This document shows, in pieces, positions 20,329 through 30,580 of a DNA stretch of 64,000 nucleotides. The notes beneath the pieces are model-generated. The model was not told the origin of the DNA. It did no database searches and saw only the letters and a program-made list of their open reading frames with translations. The stretch is taken from the NCBI GenBank assembly GCA_034189385.1, contig JAXHVD010000002.1, positions 128,001-192,000 on the forward strand, given 5' to 3'. The position numbers and the translations under genes are program-made. Every line of letters begins with the position of its first letter. Position 1 is the first letter of the stretch. The DNA is from Thermodesulfobacteriota bacterium. GTDB lineage: Bacteria > Desulfobacterota > Desulfobacteria > Desulfobacterales > C00003060.

Positions 20329-22428
20329 ATGTCCCAAACCCTACTTGTAGAAATTGTGACAGAAGAAATACCTGCCGGATACATTGCACCGGCCCTTCAG
20401 GCCATGTCGGTCCATATGAGCCAGAAACTGTCCCAGGCCCGCATCGATCACGCCGGAGGGACAGAAACCTTCGGTACCCCCAGGCGTCTGGCCGTGATGG
20501 TTCACCAGGTGGCTGAACGGCAGGCCTCGATGACCGAAGAGGTCCTGGGGCCCCCAACGGCCGTTGCCTTTGACGCCAAGGGCCGTCCCACCAAGGCCGC
20601 TGAAGGCTTTGCCAAGAACCAGGGTGTCTCAATAAAGAGCCTGACTGTTAAGACCACAGACAAGGGCGATTACGTCTGTGTCCGCAGGAAAGAGAAAGGG
20701 CAGGCCACCCGACGACTCCTTCAGACCATCATCCCAGAGGTCATCACCGCTATTCCCTTTCCCAAGTCCATGCGGTGGGCAGACCTGGGGCTTGCCTTTG
20801 CCAGACCCATTCACGCCATACTGGCTCTTTTGGGGGGCCAGATCATCCCTTTTGGCCTGGAGAACATCAAGAGCGGCCGACGAACCCTTGGCCATCGTTT
20901 CATGCACCCCAAAACCATGGCTATTCGCCACCCCTCCGTCTATAGGGATGCCCTGAAATCGGCCCACGTCATAGCAGACATTGCAGAACGCAGGCAGATG
21001 ATTCAAGAACGCATCGCCCTGGCCGGCCAGAGGCTGGGCGGAAAAGTGATCTCTGATGATGAGCTCCTGGACACTGTGACCCAGCTGGTGGAGTACTGTG
21101 CCGTGTCTGCCGGGATTTTTGACGGGGCATTTCTGAAACTTCCCCGGGAGGTGCTGATTACTGCCATGCGGGAGCACCAGAAGTACTTTGCCGTGGCCGA
21201 CTCTGACGGCCGGTTGTTGCCCTGTTTTGTTGCAGTGAACAATACCCCTGCAGAAGACATGGCCTTGGTCACGAACGGACATGAGCGGGTATTGAGGGCC
21301 AGATTGGAAGACGCACGCTTTTTCTTTGAAACAGATATGAAGACCCCTTCCCGCGACATGGTGGACAGGCTCAAGGGCGTGCTTTTCCAGGCAAAGCTGG
21401 GCTCCATGTTTGAAAAGACGGGCCGTCTCCAGAAACTTGCCGAGGCACTGGCAGAATGGACGGACCCAGAGATCAAGCCCGTTGCATCGCGGGCGGCTTG
21501 GCTGTGCAAAACAGACCTGACGACCCAGATGGTCAATGAGTTCCCGAAACTCCAGGGGGTCATGGGTCGTGTGTATGCCGGCCTGTCAGGTGAACCGGAA
21601 GCGGCGTCCCGCGCCATTGAGGAACACTACTTGCCGGCCTATGCCGGCGGCCCGCTGCCTGAGACCTCTGCCGGTGCCTTGGTGAGCATCGCAGACAAGA
21701 CAGACACCATTTGCGGCTGTTTTGGAATCGGCCTTGTGCCAAGCGGCACTGCAGATCCCTATGCCCTGAGACGCCAGGCCATGGGCGTTATCCAGATCAT
21801 ATTGGCAAGGGCCCTTCCCCTTTCCTTGAAGGGGCTCATTGAAAAGGGCCTTGCCCTTCTAGGTGACAAGATAGAGGGGGCTCCGGAAGACACGGCCGAC
21901 AAGATTCTGAGCTTTTTTCAGCGTCGCCTGGAATATCTGTTGTCTGAAAAGGGGTACTCCAAGGACGTGATTGCGGCCGTGGTGAGCACCTCCATGGACA
22001 ACCTCCCAGAGGTGTTGCAGCGGACCAAGGCCCTGATGAATCTCAAGGCAAAACCGGATTTCGAGCCCCTGGCCGTTGCCTTCAAGCGCGTGGTGAACAT
22101 TATCAAGAAGGCCAGACAGCAGGGGGCCATGGCCCCAGACCGGCACCAGGCGTGTACGGACCCCAACCTCTTTGAGCAATCTTGCGAGCACGTCCTCTAT
22201 GATGCCTTTCAAAAGGTAAAAGAGGCCCTGTCTAAGGACTTGAAAAGGGGAGACTTTGATCAGGCTTTGCTCACGGTATCCACCTTAAGAGGCCCAGTGG
22301 ATGGCTTTTTTGAGGGGGTCATGGTCTTGACGGAAGACGAGCGGCTGAAGCGAAACCGGTTGGCCCTCCTTGGAGAGATCGCCGATCTTTTCGCCGTCTT
22401 TGCGGATTTTTCAAAGATTTCTACGTGA
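20329..22428 (+). CDS. glyS: Glycine--tRNA ligase beta subunit
   Basis: EIVTEEIP, TPRRL, FPKSMRW, HQKYF, DPYALRR, NRLALL. Confidence 0.96.
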   Translation: MSQTLLVEIVTEEIPAGYIAPALQAMSVHMSQKLSQARIDHAGGTETFGTPRRLAVMVHQVAERQASMTEEVLGPPTAVAFDAKGRPTKAAEGFAKNQGVSIKSLTVKTTDKGDYVCVRRKEKGQATRRLLQTIIPEVITAIPFPKSMRWADLGLAFARPIHAILALLGGQIIPFGLENIKSGRRTLGHRFMHPKTMAIRHPSVYRDALKSAHVIADIAERRQMIQERIALAGQRLGGKVISDDELLDTVTQLVEYCAVSAGIFDGAFLKLPREVLITAMREHQKYFAVADSDGRLLPCFVAVNNTPAEDMALVTNGHERVLRARLEDARFFFETDMKTPSRDMVDRLKGVLFQAKLGSMFEKTGRLQKLAEALAEWTDPEIKPVASRAAWLCKTDLTTQMVNEFPKLQGVMGRVYAGLSGEPEAASRAIEEHYLPAYAGGPLPETSAGALVSIADKTDTICGCFGIGLVPSGTADPYALRRQAMGVIQIILARALPLSLKGLIEKGLALLGDKIEGAPEDTADKILSFFQRRLEYLLSEKGYSKDVIAAVVSTSMDNLPEVLQRTKALMNLKAKPDFEPLAVAFKRVVNIIKKARQQGAMAPDRHQACTDPNLFEQSCEHVLYDAFQKVKEALSKDLKRGDFDQALLTVSTLRGPVDGFFEGVMVLTEDERLKRNRLALLGEIADLFAVFADFSKIST

Positions 22429-22568
22429 TTTCTAGCCTTCCCTGAAAGAGGCAAGAGCTTTGTACCACGAGTTTTGCGCCCGTATTTCTCGTAACTCGTC
22501 CCCCTGTGAAGGATTTCATGTCAAGATCTGACCGCACCGAGGGGTAGGAAATTTCGCTGAACGCAGGC

Positions 22569-23105
22569 CTACGGCTGTCTCCCCTTGCTCAAGGCAATCA
22601 AGAGAAGACCGGAGATCGTCTTTGCGTCTTGTATCTTGCCCTCTTTGATCATCTCTATGGCCCTGTCAAAGGATGTGGGCCGGACTTCCAGGACCTCGTC
22701 ATCATCAAGCCTCTGCTCAGCCGGCGTCAACCCCGTGGCCAGATAGATATGGATACACTCGTCCGTGTACCCCGGGGCGGGCAGGATCTGCGCCACCCTC
22801 ACAAGGTCTCTGGCCTCAAAGCCGATCTCTTCCACCAGTTCTCTTCGCGCACAAGCCTCTGGGCTTTCATTCGGCTCCAGTGTCCCGGCGGGGATCTCCC
22901 ACAGAAAATCTCCCACAGCGTGGCGGTATTGCTTGATAAGGGCCACGTTGCCGTCATCAAATAGGGGCACCATGGCCGCAGCGCCAGGATGGCGGACCAC
23001 TTCCCGGTTTTTTACGACCCCGTTTGGCAACGTCATCTCCTCAAGGGCTACGTTGAAGATTCTGCCCTTGTAGATATTTGTTATCTTTTGCACTTTCAAA
23101 GACAT
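22569..23105 (-). CDS. NUDIX hydrolase (ADP-ribose pyrophosphatase-like)
   Basis: EIPAG...ARRELVEEIG Nudix box; DAKT. Confidence 0.9.
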   Translation of the reverse strand: MSLKVQKITNIYKGRIFNVALEEMTLPNGVVKNREVVRHPGAAAMVPLFDDGNVALIKQYRHAVGDFLWEIPAGTLEPNESPEACARRELVEEIGFEARDLVRVAQILPAPGYTDECIHIYLATGLTPAEQRLDDDEVLEVRPTSFDRAIEMIKEGKIQDAKTISGLLLIALSKGRQP

Positions 23106-23135
23106 GCGTTCCTCCTTTAGTGGTTCAAATAGTTG

Positions 23136-23530
23136 CTAATGAGATCATTGACATTTAGATATAAAGTCACCGCCCGCTCCCCTTCGACATTGCTACATTC
23201 GGCCTGAGCTCATGTCGAAGGCAGAGTCGCTCGAGACGCAAAGGACGCAAAGAACGGCCCTTTTTCGCTTTTCGCTGAGATGCCGAAAAGCAAAAACCAA
23301 CTTGCCCTTCGGGCAGGGCTAATGAACATCAGCGATCTTGCAATCTAACCATCTGCAAATACAACTACAATGTCTTCTCTCGACCCACTTCTGTTCGCCA
23401 TAGGCGATAGCTTTCTTATGTTTTCCGGCGTCTCAGCGGAAAACATAAAGCAAAATAGACTCTGCGCTCTTCGCGTCTTTGCGGTGAACATTTGTTCCTA
23501 CAACTAAGAGACTATGTCTAAATACTCTTT
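23136..23530 (+). repeat. Repeat family C (MITE-like)
   Basis: Near-identical ends to 41118-41425; internal inverted pairs tttagat.ta/ta..tctaaa and caccgc/gcggtg. Confidence 0.75.
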
Positions 23531-23679
23531 GCCGCAAACCTAAAACGGGTTATCTCGCCCCCAGAACACTCACATAGTGAGCAAAGGTGCCTTTTTGCGA
23601 TTTCATCAACTTTGCAGTTGCAGGAGACATGTCTGTGGTGTTAACAGGTCCCCATCCACGAAAGCCCAAAGAGACTACC

Positions 23680-24117
23680 ATGAAGATCGTCATGAAGCCC
23701 ATAGGTTTTGTTAAAACAGATGTGGCCAAGGTCCCTCGGCACTGGAGCCTTTCAGATGCAGAAGGAACCTTGGTGATAGATAAAAGATACCTTCAAGGAC
23801 TTGAAGACATCAGAGTCGGGCAGCGGATCGTGGTGATCTTTCATTTCCATCGAAGCCACGGCTTTTCGCCTCAGTTCCTTCGCCAGACGCCTCCCCACCG
23901 TGCAGAGCCATTGGGCGTCTTTAGCATCTGTTCGCCTATCCGACCCAATCCCATCGGGATGTCCGTTTTAAGAGTTCTTGGAATCAAAGAAAATGTTATT
24001 CACATTAAGGGGCTGGACATGATAGATGGGACACCGGTCTTGGATATCAAGCCTTTTGTTGTAGACAAAGAGAGTTGTCCTAGTTTTGAGGGGCAAGGCC
24101 GTCGTCCTACGTCTTGA
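23680..24117 (+). CDS. tsaA: TsaA/TrmO (YaeB) family SAM-binding protein
   Basis: GVFSICSPIRPNPIG, GLDMIDGTPVLDIKP. Confidence 0.88.
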   Translation: MKIVMKPIGFVKTDVAKVPRHWSLSDAEGTLVIDKRYLQGLEDIRVGQRIVVIFHFHRSHGFSPQFLRQTPPHRAEPLGVFSICSPIRPNPIGMSVLRVLGIKENVIHIKGLDMIDGTPVLDIKPFVVDKESCPSFEGQGRRPTS

Positions 24118-24143
24118 CCGGCTGTTGCCCAAACGAAGGTTCT

Positions 24144-24380
24144 TTAGTGTCATGAACCAGAGGTGTCATTAGTCACTGTGCAGTCGAAAGCCTTTTACGT
24201 GCGACATTGAACATTTTCGGAATAAGAGGTTAGCTGAGTGAAGCGCTAAGAATCATAAACTGTTTGATCCGCCGCAGCAGAGGGAATAAGCTCTTATTAA
24301 TGCGGCAAGAGCGCAGAGTCTATTTTTCTTTATGTTTTGAGCTGTTAACGGGCTATTAAGCTAATGAGCTAATAAGCTAC
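24144..24380. repeat. Composite remnant: 5' part of MITE family A joined to an inverted fragment of family C
   Basis: 24144-24280 matches the left part of 54536-54815; 24308-24378 is the reverse complement of about 41238-41311. Confidence 0.7.
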
Positions 24381-24512
24381 TCAGCCTTGCGTAAGTGCCA
24401 ACCCTGTGATAGTTTCTGCTGAAATTCCAGCACGATACATTGGCACATCTGGAGGCGGCAGAGATGGTAGATTCAGGGACCCCCGAAAATAAACCTACAC
24501 TGGAGGCAAGAC

Positions 24513-25022
24513 ATGGAATGGGTAAATGCGGTGGTGATCATAGCGGTGCTTCTGATGGCACTGCATCAGAAAAAGCGGGTAGCGGCCCTGGAGAAGACCC
24601 TTGCCGTGCAGAAGGAGCAGTTGGCTTCCCAGGCAACTATGATGGCTGCGCACAAAGACATGCTGGCATCCCAGAAGGAGGCCTTGGCCACGTACAGAGA
24701 TCTGATGCATGATACAAGGCCTCCGATCGATCGAGACATCCAGGAAGCACCTGCAGATGGGCCCAGAACCACGGGAGAAGAGACCAGGATTAGGAAGCGG
24801 CAGGAGATGGCAGAAGAAAAGTCCAAGTTTGAAAGGGAGGTCCAGGAGAGGACAAAAACCATGGACTGGTATGAAAAGGAGTTCTCTGTCGGGCTGGCTG
24901 CCCTGCTGGAGCTCCTTCTTCACGTCCCCATTGCGGTGCGAGAGTCCATCATCGGCAAAATGCCCAATAGTGTCATCAAAAAGGGCTTTAAGAGGCTATC
25001 GGACACAGAATTTCGGGCATAA
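24513..25022 (+). CDS. Hypothetical membrane-anchored coiled-coil protein
   Basis: N-terminal TM followed by a heptad-rich helix; GGAGG RBS. Confidence 0.7.
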   Translation: MEWVNAVVIIAVLLMALHQKKRVAALEKTLAVQKEQLASQATMMAAHKDMLASQKEALATYRDLMHDTRPPIDRDIQEAPADGPRTTGEETRIRKRQEMAEEKSKFEREVQERTKTMDWYEKEFSVGLAALLELLLHVPIAVRESIIGKMPNSVIKKGFKRLSDTEFRA

Positions 25023-25121
25023 GCGCCTTTGACTTCATACCCCCCTTTTAGTTGAGTCGCTTTTGCCGGGCTCACAGGAGCCTCGGAATGGTCAAGAATG
25101 CAAATCTGTCGGAGGGCAACA

Positions 25122-26474
25122 ATGACAAGTAAAGCAAGCATAATCTGGCTGCCCCTAGGGTGGCTATTCCTCTTTGTTGGGGCCGTGATGATGCCAGGTG
25201 CCGCGGCACTGGCCGAGAAGACTCGAGACGACGCATCCATGTTGAGTCTCGAACAAAGCATTGACATCGCCCTGGAGCGCAACCTGGATATCAAGGTGGC
25301 GCTGGAGGAGGTCCTGGCTGCCAAGGAACGAAAAAAGGAGACCACCACCGCCTTTCTGCCGTCACTCAGGGCCGAGTACACCTATCGTCGTCCCAGTGAG
25401 GTCCCCTATATTGTCATTCAGGACAGGAGGATCGATATTGCCGATGAGGATCAGTACGGGTTTACCGGCACCATTGAACAGCCTCTGTTTACGGGCTTTG
25501 CCAATCTTTCCAATTACCAGTTGGCCAAGCTGGGTCTGGATGTGGCAGAGATCCAACTCACCCAAGCCCGCTTTGACCTCATCCTTGATGTAAAGGTGGC
25601 CTACTTTAAGGTCTTAACGGCAGAAAGGATCAAGGAGGTGGCTGAACAGTCGGTGGAGCAGCTGCAGGCAGAGCTGAAGACGGCTCAAAACTTCTACGAT
25701 GTTGGCATGAGCCCCAAGATAGACGTCCTGGACGCCGAGGTCAGGTTGGCCGAGGCAGAACAGCAGCTCATACGGACGGAAAATGCCCTCAGGATTGCTG
25801 AGGCCACCTTCAACACCATCCTGAGGCGGCCGATTGACCAGGAACTGGCCGTGGAGGACATCCTTTCCTACCAGCCCTACGATAGGCCCTACGAGTCTTG
25901 TTTGGGGGTGGCATTGAAGCATCGCCCGGAGCTGATGGAAGCAGAAAAGAACGTAGCCAGTGCCGAGAAGGAGATCACCCTGGCGAAAAGCGCCTATTAT
26001 CCCTACGTGAGTCTTTCGAGCAATTACTATCGGGCAGGCGAGGACCCAAATGTCGATGGCAGCGAGTTCGTGGACCGGGAGAACTGGGATATCATGGCCG
26101 TCGCCAGCATCACCTTTTTTGAGTGGGGGAAAACGCGCTTTGCCGCCAACGAGAAAAGGGCGCGCCTCCGACAGGCCCAAGATGCCCTGGAGCAGATCAA
26201 AGATGCCGTGCGTCTGGATGTGAAGACAAGCTATCTGAATCTTCAGGCCTCAGAGGAGAACATCTCAGTGGCCCAAAAAAGCGTTGGGTCCGCAGAGGAG
26301 AATTTCCGCATTAGCAAAGAGCGTTACCGGGAGCAGGTAGCCACGGCCACAGAGGTCCTGGACGCCCAGACCCGGCTCACGGAGGCCAAGACCAACTACA
26401 CCAGGGCCCTGGCGGAGTTCAACGTGGCCAAGGCACGGCTGATTCGGGCCATGGGTATTGAAGATAGATCGTAA
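25122..26474 (+). CDS. TolC family outer-membrane efflux protein
   Basis: Signal peptide, LSLEQSIDIALERN, two OEP repeats. Confidence 0.9.
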   Translation: MTSKASIIWLPLGWLFLFVGAVMMPGAAALAEKTRDDASMLSLEQSIDIALERNLDIKVALEEVLAAKERKKETTTAFLPSLRAEYTYRRPSEVPYIVIQDRRIDIADEDQYGFTGTIEQPLFTGFANLSNYQLAKLGLDVAEIQLTQARFDLILDVKVAYFKVLTAERIKEVAEQSVEQLQAELKTAQNFYDVGMSPKIDVLDAEVRLAEAEQQLIRTENALRIAEATFNTILRRPIDQELAVEDILSYQPYDRPYESCLGVALKHRPELMEAEKNVASAEKEITLAKSAYYPYVSLSSNYYRAGEDPNVDGSEFVDRENWDIMAVASITFFEWGKTRFAANEKRARLRQAQDALEQIKDAVRLDVKTSYLNLQASEENISVAQKSVGSAEENFRISKERYREQVATATEVLDAQTRLTEAKTNYTRALAEFNVAKARLIRAMGIEDRS

Positions 26475-26983
26475 GGTCTCTTGGTCACGCCTTAAAGGTT
26501 CTTGGCGGAAAAGCGAAGGGACCGTCACACCCTTTAGGGGGCTCCATGATGGCCCCCTTTCCAGAAGCCTGCCTTGCCGGAAAAGTGCCGTACCCGCCCA
26601 GTGCGCGACGCCCCTTGAAAGGAACCGTCCATCCCCTAAAGTTGCAATTGCGAAAGCAAAAACTACCTAGCCCTTGTGCAAAAACTACGCAGTTTTTGCT
26701 CCAAAGAGGCATTCTCCGTCTTCCTGGGCCATTTTAGTTGACATTTTGTTGATTTTGTAGGAAAATCCATGACTTTGAAAAACATTCCGCAATCCCTTGG
26801 CCTCACCAGCGACAGGGGATGAGGCCCGGGATAGCAGGGTCGGGTCCGCCTGCATTCATCATATGCAAACGAGAGTCTAACCAAAACCTAACAAGGGGTC
26901 TCCAAAATAATAGGATTTGCCTTAAGAAAGGATCATTTCCCATTGCTCAAACCCCTTGGATCAACACATGGGGAGAAGAATCC

Positions 26984-27121
26984 ATGAAGAAAATAGCAGC
27001 GTCTTTGGTGTTATTCACCCTGTTGGTCGTGGCCCATACTTCAGCCCTGGCCCAGGCAGAGGTCTATAAGATAGGCCCTGGCAATGTCCTCGAGATTTCT
27101 GTGTGGAAAGATGAGGCCCTG
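26984..27121 (+). pseudogene. Polysaccharide export protein (Wza/EpsE-like), 5' fragment
   Basis: Signal peptide then YKIGPGNVLEISVWKDEAL; homology ends before the expected V.PDG.I..P. Confidence 0.75.
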
Positions 27122-27338
27122 TTTTCTAAGAAGTTTCTCTCGGATTCCCGGAGAGACTGTGATTTCACATTGAAGTGCTTTGCCTTGCCCCACTCCGATA
27201 CCCTCTTGCCGCGCATTTTTTAGTATCTTAGAGTATCTGACAGTATCTGTGAAGATGCCAAACGGTGGCCGAGCACAAAGGATCACGAACGCCGGTATTG
27301 CATCCCTAGCACTTAAAACCTAATACAAGGTGGACAAG

Positions 27339-28430
27339 ATGAAAGTATTCCTTGTAGCTGGAGCCCGGCCCAATTTCATGAAGATCGCTCCCGTGTATCG
27401 GGAAGCCATGAAGCATGATCAGGTGGAGTGCAAGATCGTGCACACGGGCCAGCACTACGATTATGAAATGTCTGAGGCCTTTTTCAAGGACCTTGAGATC
27501 CCTAAACCCGACTTTTTCTTGAACGCCGGCTCGGGCTCCCATGCTGTTCAGACGGCCAAGGTCATGGTAGCTTTCGAAGAGCTCTGCGAGAAAGAAAGGC
27601 CCGATGTGGTCATTGTAGTGGGAGACGTGAACTCTACATTGGCGTGCAGTGTGGTGGCCAAGAAGTCGCTCATTAAAGTGGCTCACGTAGAGGCAGGCTT
27701 AAGAAGCTTTGATCTGACCATGCCGGAAGAGATCAATCGCATGGTGACGGATTGCCTATCGGATTATTTCTTTGTTACCGAAGAGAGCGGGAGAGAGAAT
27801 CTTGTCAAAGAGGGCAAGGAAAAAGAAAGCATCCATTTTGTCGGCCATGTGATGATCGACAATCTACTCTATCAGACCAATCGGCTTGATGAAAAAACCA
27901 TGAAAGGCTTTTCCACGTACAAGCTCAAGAAAGAAAAGGGAGGCTATGCTTTTCTGACCTTGCACCGCCCTTCAAACGTGGACACGAGGGAGGCCTTTTC
28001 CGAGATTGCAGGGGCCTTAAATGCCATCGCTGAAGAAAGACCCATCTTTTTTCCGGTCCATCCAAGGACGGAGAAGATGATGAAGGAATTTGAGCTGAAG
28101 CTTTCGGAAAAGATCGTCCCCCTTTCTCCCCTGGGCTTTAAGGAATCGCTCTTCCTATGGAAAGATGCGGCCGTGGTCCTCACAGACAGCGGCGGACTGC
28201 AGGAGGAAACCACAGCCCTGGGCGTGCCCTGCGTGACGCTCAGGGAGAATACGGAAAGGCCCATTACCATTGAGATGGGCAGTAATGTCTTGGGGGGAAC
28301 AAAGAAGGACACTATTGTCAATGCCTACAGAGAGGCCATGGCAAGGGATAGAAAAACGTATGCTGTGCCGCCCAAGTGGGACGGTCGGGCTTCGGAGCGC
28401 ATATGGAAGGTCTTGTTGGATGGAGATTAG
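27339..28430 (+). CDS. wecB: UDP-N-acetylglucosamine 2-epimerase (non-hydrolysing)
   Basis: GARPNFMK, HTGQHYD, HVEAGLRS, TDSGGLQEE, TERP. Confidence 0.95.
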   Translation: MKVFLVAGARPNFMKIAPVYREAMKHDQVECKIVHTGQHYDYEMSEAFFKDLEIPKPDFFLNAGSGSHAVQTAKVMVAFEELCEKERPDVVIVVGDVNSTLACSVVAKKSLIKVAHVEAGLRSFDLTMPEEINRMVTDCLSDYFFVTEESGRENLVKEGKEKESIHFVGHVMIDNLLYQTNRLDEKTMKGFSTYKLKKEKGGYAFLTLHRPSNVDTREAFSEIAGALNAIAEERPIFFPVHPRTEKMMKEFELKLSEKIVPLSPLGFKESLFLWKDAAVVLTDSGGLQEETTALGVPCVTLRENTERPITIEMGSNVLGGTKKDTIVNAYREAMARDRKTYAVPPKWDGRASERIWKVLLDGD

Positions 28431-28547
28431 GATGAACCGCAGACGGCCGCAGACAACCGCAGACCTTTTGTTCGGTCGACATTGCCCGAACAAAACCCGT
28501 CATCGCTTCGCGCATCCAACGAGAGGAAGAAAGGCCCTTGCTTGTCG

Positions 28548-28811
28548 TCAGTCTCTGCCAAGTTGGGCCTTTTCTTGTGAGACTCTCTCGTGCAGCCAGA
28601 CCTTGATCAAGGCCCCGCGGTCAACGCCAATTCTTGTCCTTATGCGGTCAATCTCTTTGACAAGCTCTTCTGCTACGTCAAGGGTAATGCGGACCTTCTT
28701 TCCATGCCGCACGACTTTAGCTTTGGAGAGGTCCATCAGGTCGTGGATGTCCTCGCCATTGTCGAACCGACGATCAAATTCCTGAGTATTCTTAGCTAGT
28801 TCCTTTTTGGC
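28548..28811 (-). CDS. BrnA/CopG-type RHH antitoxin
   Basis: EFDRRFDNGEDI..LMDLSKA and C-terminal RHH; overlaps the brnT gene. Confidence 0.8.
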   Translation of the reverse strand, partial: AKKELAKNTQEFDRRFDNGEDIHDLMDLSKAKVVRHGKKVRITLDVAEELVKEIDRIRTRIGVDRGALIKVWLHERVSQEKAQLGRD

Positions 28812-29067
28812 CATAGAGCTCCCCTTCACGTTTTCTGGCGCGTCTTACAGATATGATACGGGTAGTTTCTCCGCGCATGGTGAAAATGGCTGTCCACAAC
28901 TTTTTGCCGATTTCTCCTATCATGATCCCCCTGTCTTCAAGGGGATGAGAAGCATGCAGCTCAACCCTGTTGCCGTCGTTCCACAAATCCGTAGCTGTCT
29001 CGAAATCGATTCCATGCTTTCTCTTGTTACGGAGGCTTTTGGTCTCATTCCACTCAAATTTCATCAA
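28792..29067 (-). CDS. brnT: BrnT family toxin
   Basis: FEWNETKS..N..KHGIDF...RIISVRRAR. Confidence 0.9.
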   Translation of the reverse strand: MMKFEWNETKSLRNKRKHGIDFETATDLWNDGNRVELHASHPLEDRGIMIGEIGKKLWTAIFTMRGETTRIISVRRARKREGELYGQKGTS

Positions 29068-29137
29068 TGAATTGTACAGATGTTTTACAAAATTGCAACA
29101 AAAAACAGGGGGAAATTCGCTTCACAGAAAGGTTGTA

Positions 29138-29225
29138 TTCAACCATTTGACCCACATGCTACTTGACCAATGAACCAATCCGTCAATCCCGATTTAACCA
29201 TTTGACGATTCAACCACTTAACCGA
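29138..29225. repeat. Degenerate short tandem repeats (TT(C/G)AACCA-like)
   Basis: ttcaacca / tttgaccc / ttgaccaa / tgaaccaa / ttaacca / ttcaacca / ttaacc. Confidence 0.55.
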
Positions 29226-29314
29226 AATACCCATGCTCCAATCCCGATCTAACGAATTCACTACTTGACTAAGCGTCAGCGCATGTCTGAGGCCAATCAT
29301 AGGGGAGAAGGATA

Positions 29315-30580
29315 TTGAAGGCATTATCAGCCATAAAGCCTGTCAGTTGGATGAAGGTAGCACTCTACGGGCTTTTGCTTAGGGGTGGTTATCATTCCAC
29401 GCTTACATACCTCATTCGACACTGGTCGAGAGACGATTTTACTTACTGCCCTGGACGGGGCTCTTATGCTTTTCCTTGGGCATTGCCTTTTTCTGGCTGG
29501 GAGAGCTTGGCGGGGAGTATTTAACCCTCTACCTGTCTGTGTGGCTGGTCCTGGTGGGCCTTTGCTGGTTTCACCTGGGGTGGCAGAAGCTTAAAATCAT
29601 TGCCTTTCCTCTGGTCATGGCCTTGGCCATGTTCCCTTTGCCCGGCTTTCTTTACGGGAAGATCTCCGTGCAGTTGAAACTGATCTCCTCACACCTTGGC
29701 GTAGCCATGATGCAGCTGTCCGGCATGTCCGCCTACCGGGAAGGAAATGTCATTGACCTTGGATTTACGCAACTCCAGGTCGTGGATGCCTGTAGCGGGC
29801 TCAGATATCTGATTCCCTTGATCGTCCTTGGCGTCCTTCTGCCTACATGTTCAAGGCGGTCCTCTGAAAAAGGGCGGTGGTGGTCCTTTCCACGGTGCCC
29901 CTTTCCATCATTACGAACAGCCTGCGCATTGCCTTGACGGGCATTCTGTACGAAGTAGCAGGACCAAGGGTGGCGGAGGGCTTCTTCCACGGATTTTCGG
30001 GGTGGTTTATCTTTATGTTTTCTCTGGCAGTACTGCTTGCGGAGATGAAGGTTCTGGGGTTTCAGTTCAAAACAGAGGGCAGAGGGCAGACGGCAGAGGA
30101 CAGTGACGAGGAACAGGAGGCTCAAGGCTCAAGGCAAGAGGAAGCTGAAGGCTCAAAGCTGAAGGCTGAAAGCAATAAACGTGACGGAAACAGTCCGCAG
30201 GGCCGTTCTAGTCCTTTGAGCTTTCAACTTTCAGCTTTCAGCTCCTTTTTTTCTCCTCCTCAGTTCATGGTGGCAGTCATTCTTCTGGGGCTAACCTTTG
30301 GCCTTTCACAAGGCGTGGAATTTCGTGAGAAAATTCCCATCAGCAAGTCATTTGACTACTTTCCAATGGAGGTGGGGGCGTGGTCTGGAAAGGCTCAGAC
30401 CATGGAACAGCGGTTTGTCGATACCCTGGACCTGAGCGACTATGTGCTTATTGACTACAAGGATCGCGGGGGCCGCATTGTGAACTTTTATGTGGCCTAT
30501 TATGAGAGCCAGAGAAAGGGAGAGTCCATCCACTCGCCGGCCACGTGTCTGCCCGGTGGCGGATGGCTGTTCAAAGAGGC
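29315..30580 (+). pseudogene. Exosortase (EpsH)-EpsI fusion gene, with internal deletion, frameshifts and truncation
   Basis: REGNVI...QVVDACSGLR and NSLRI...FHGFSGW exosortase motifs spread over different frames; EpsI HSPATCLPGGGW then an abrupt switch. Confidence 0.85.
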
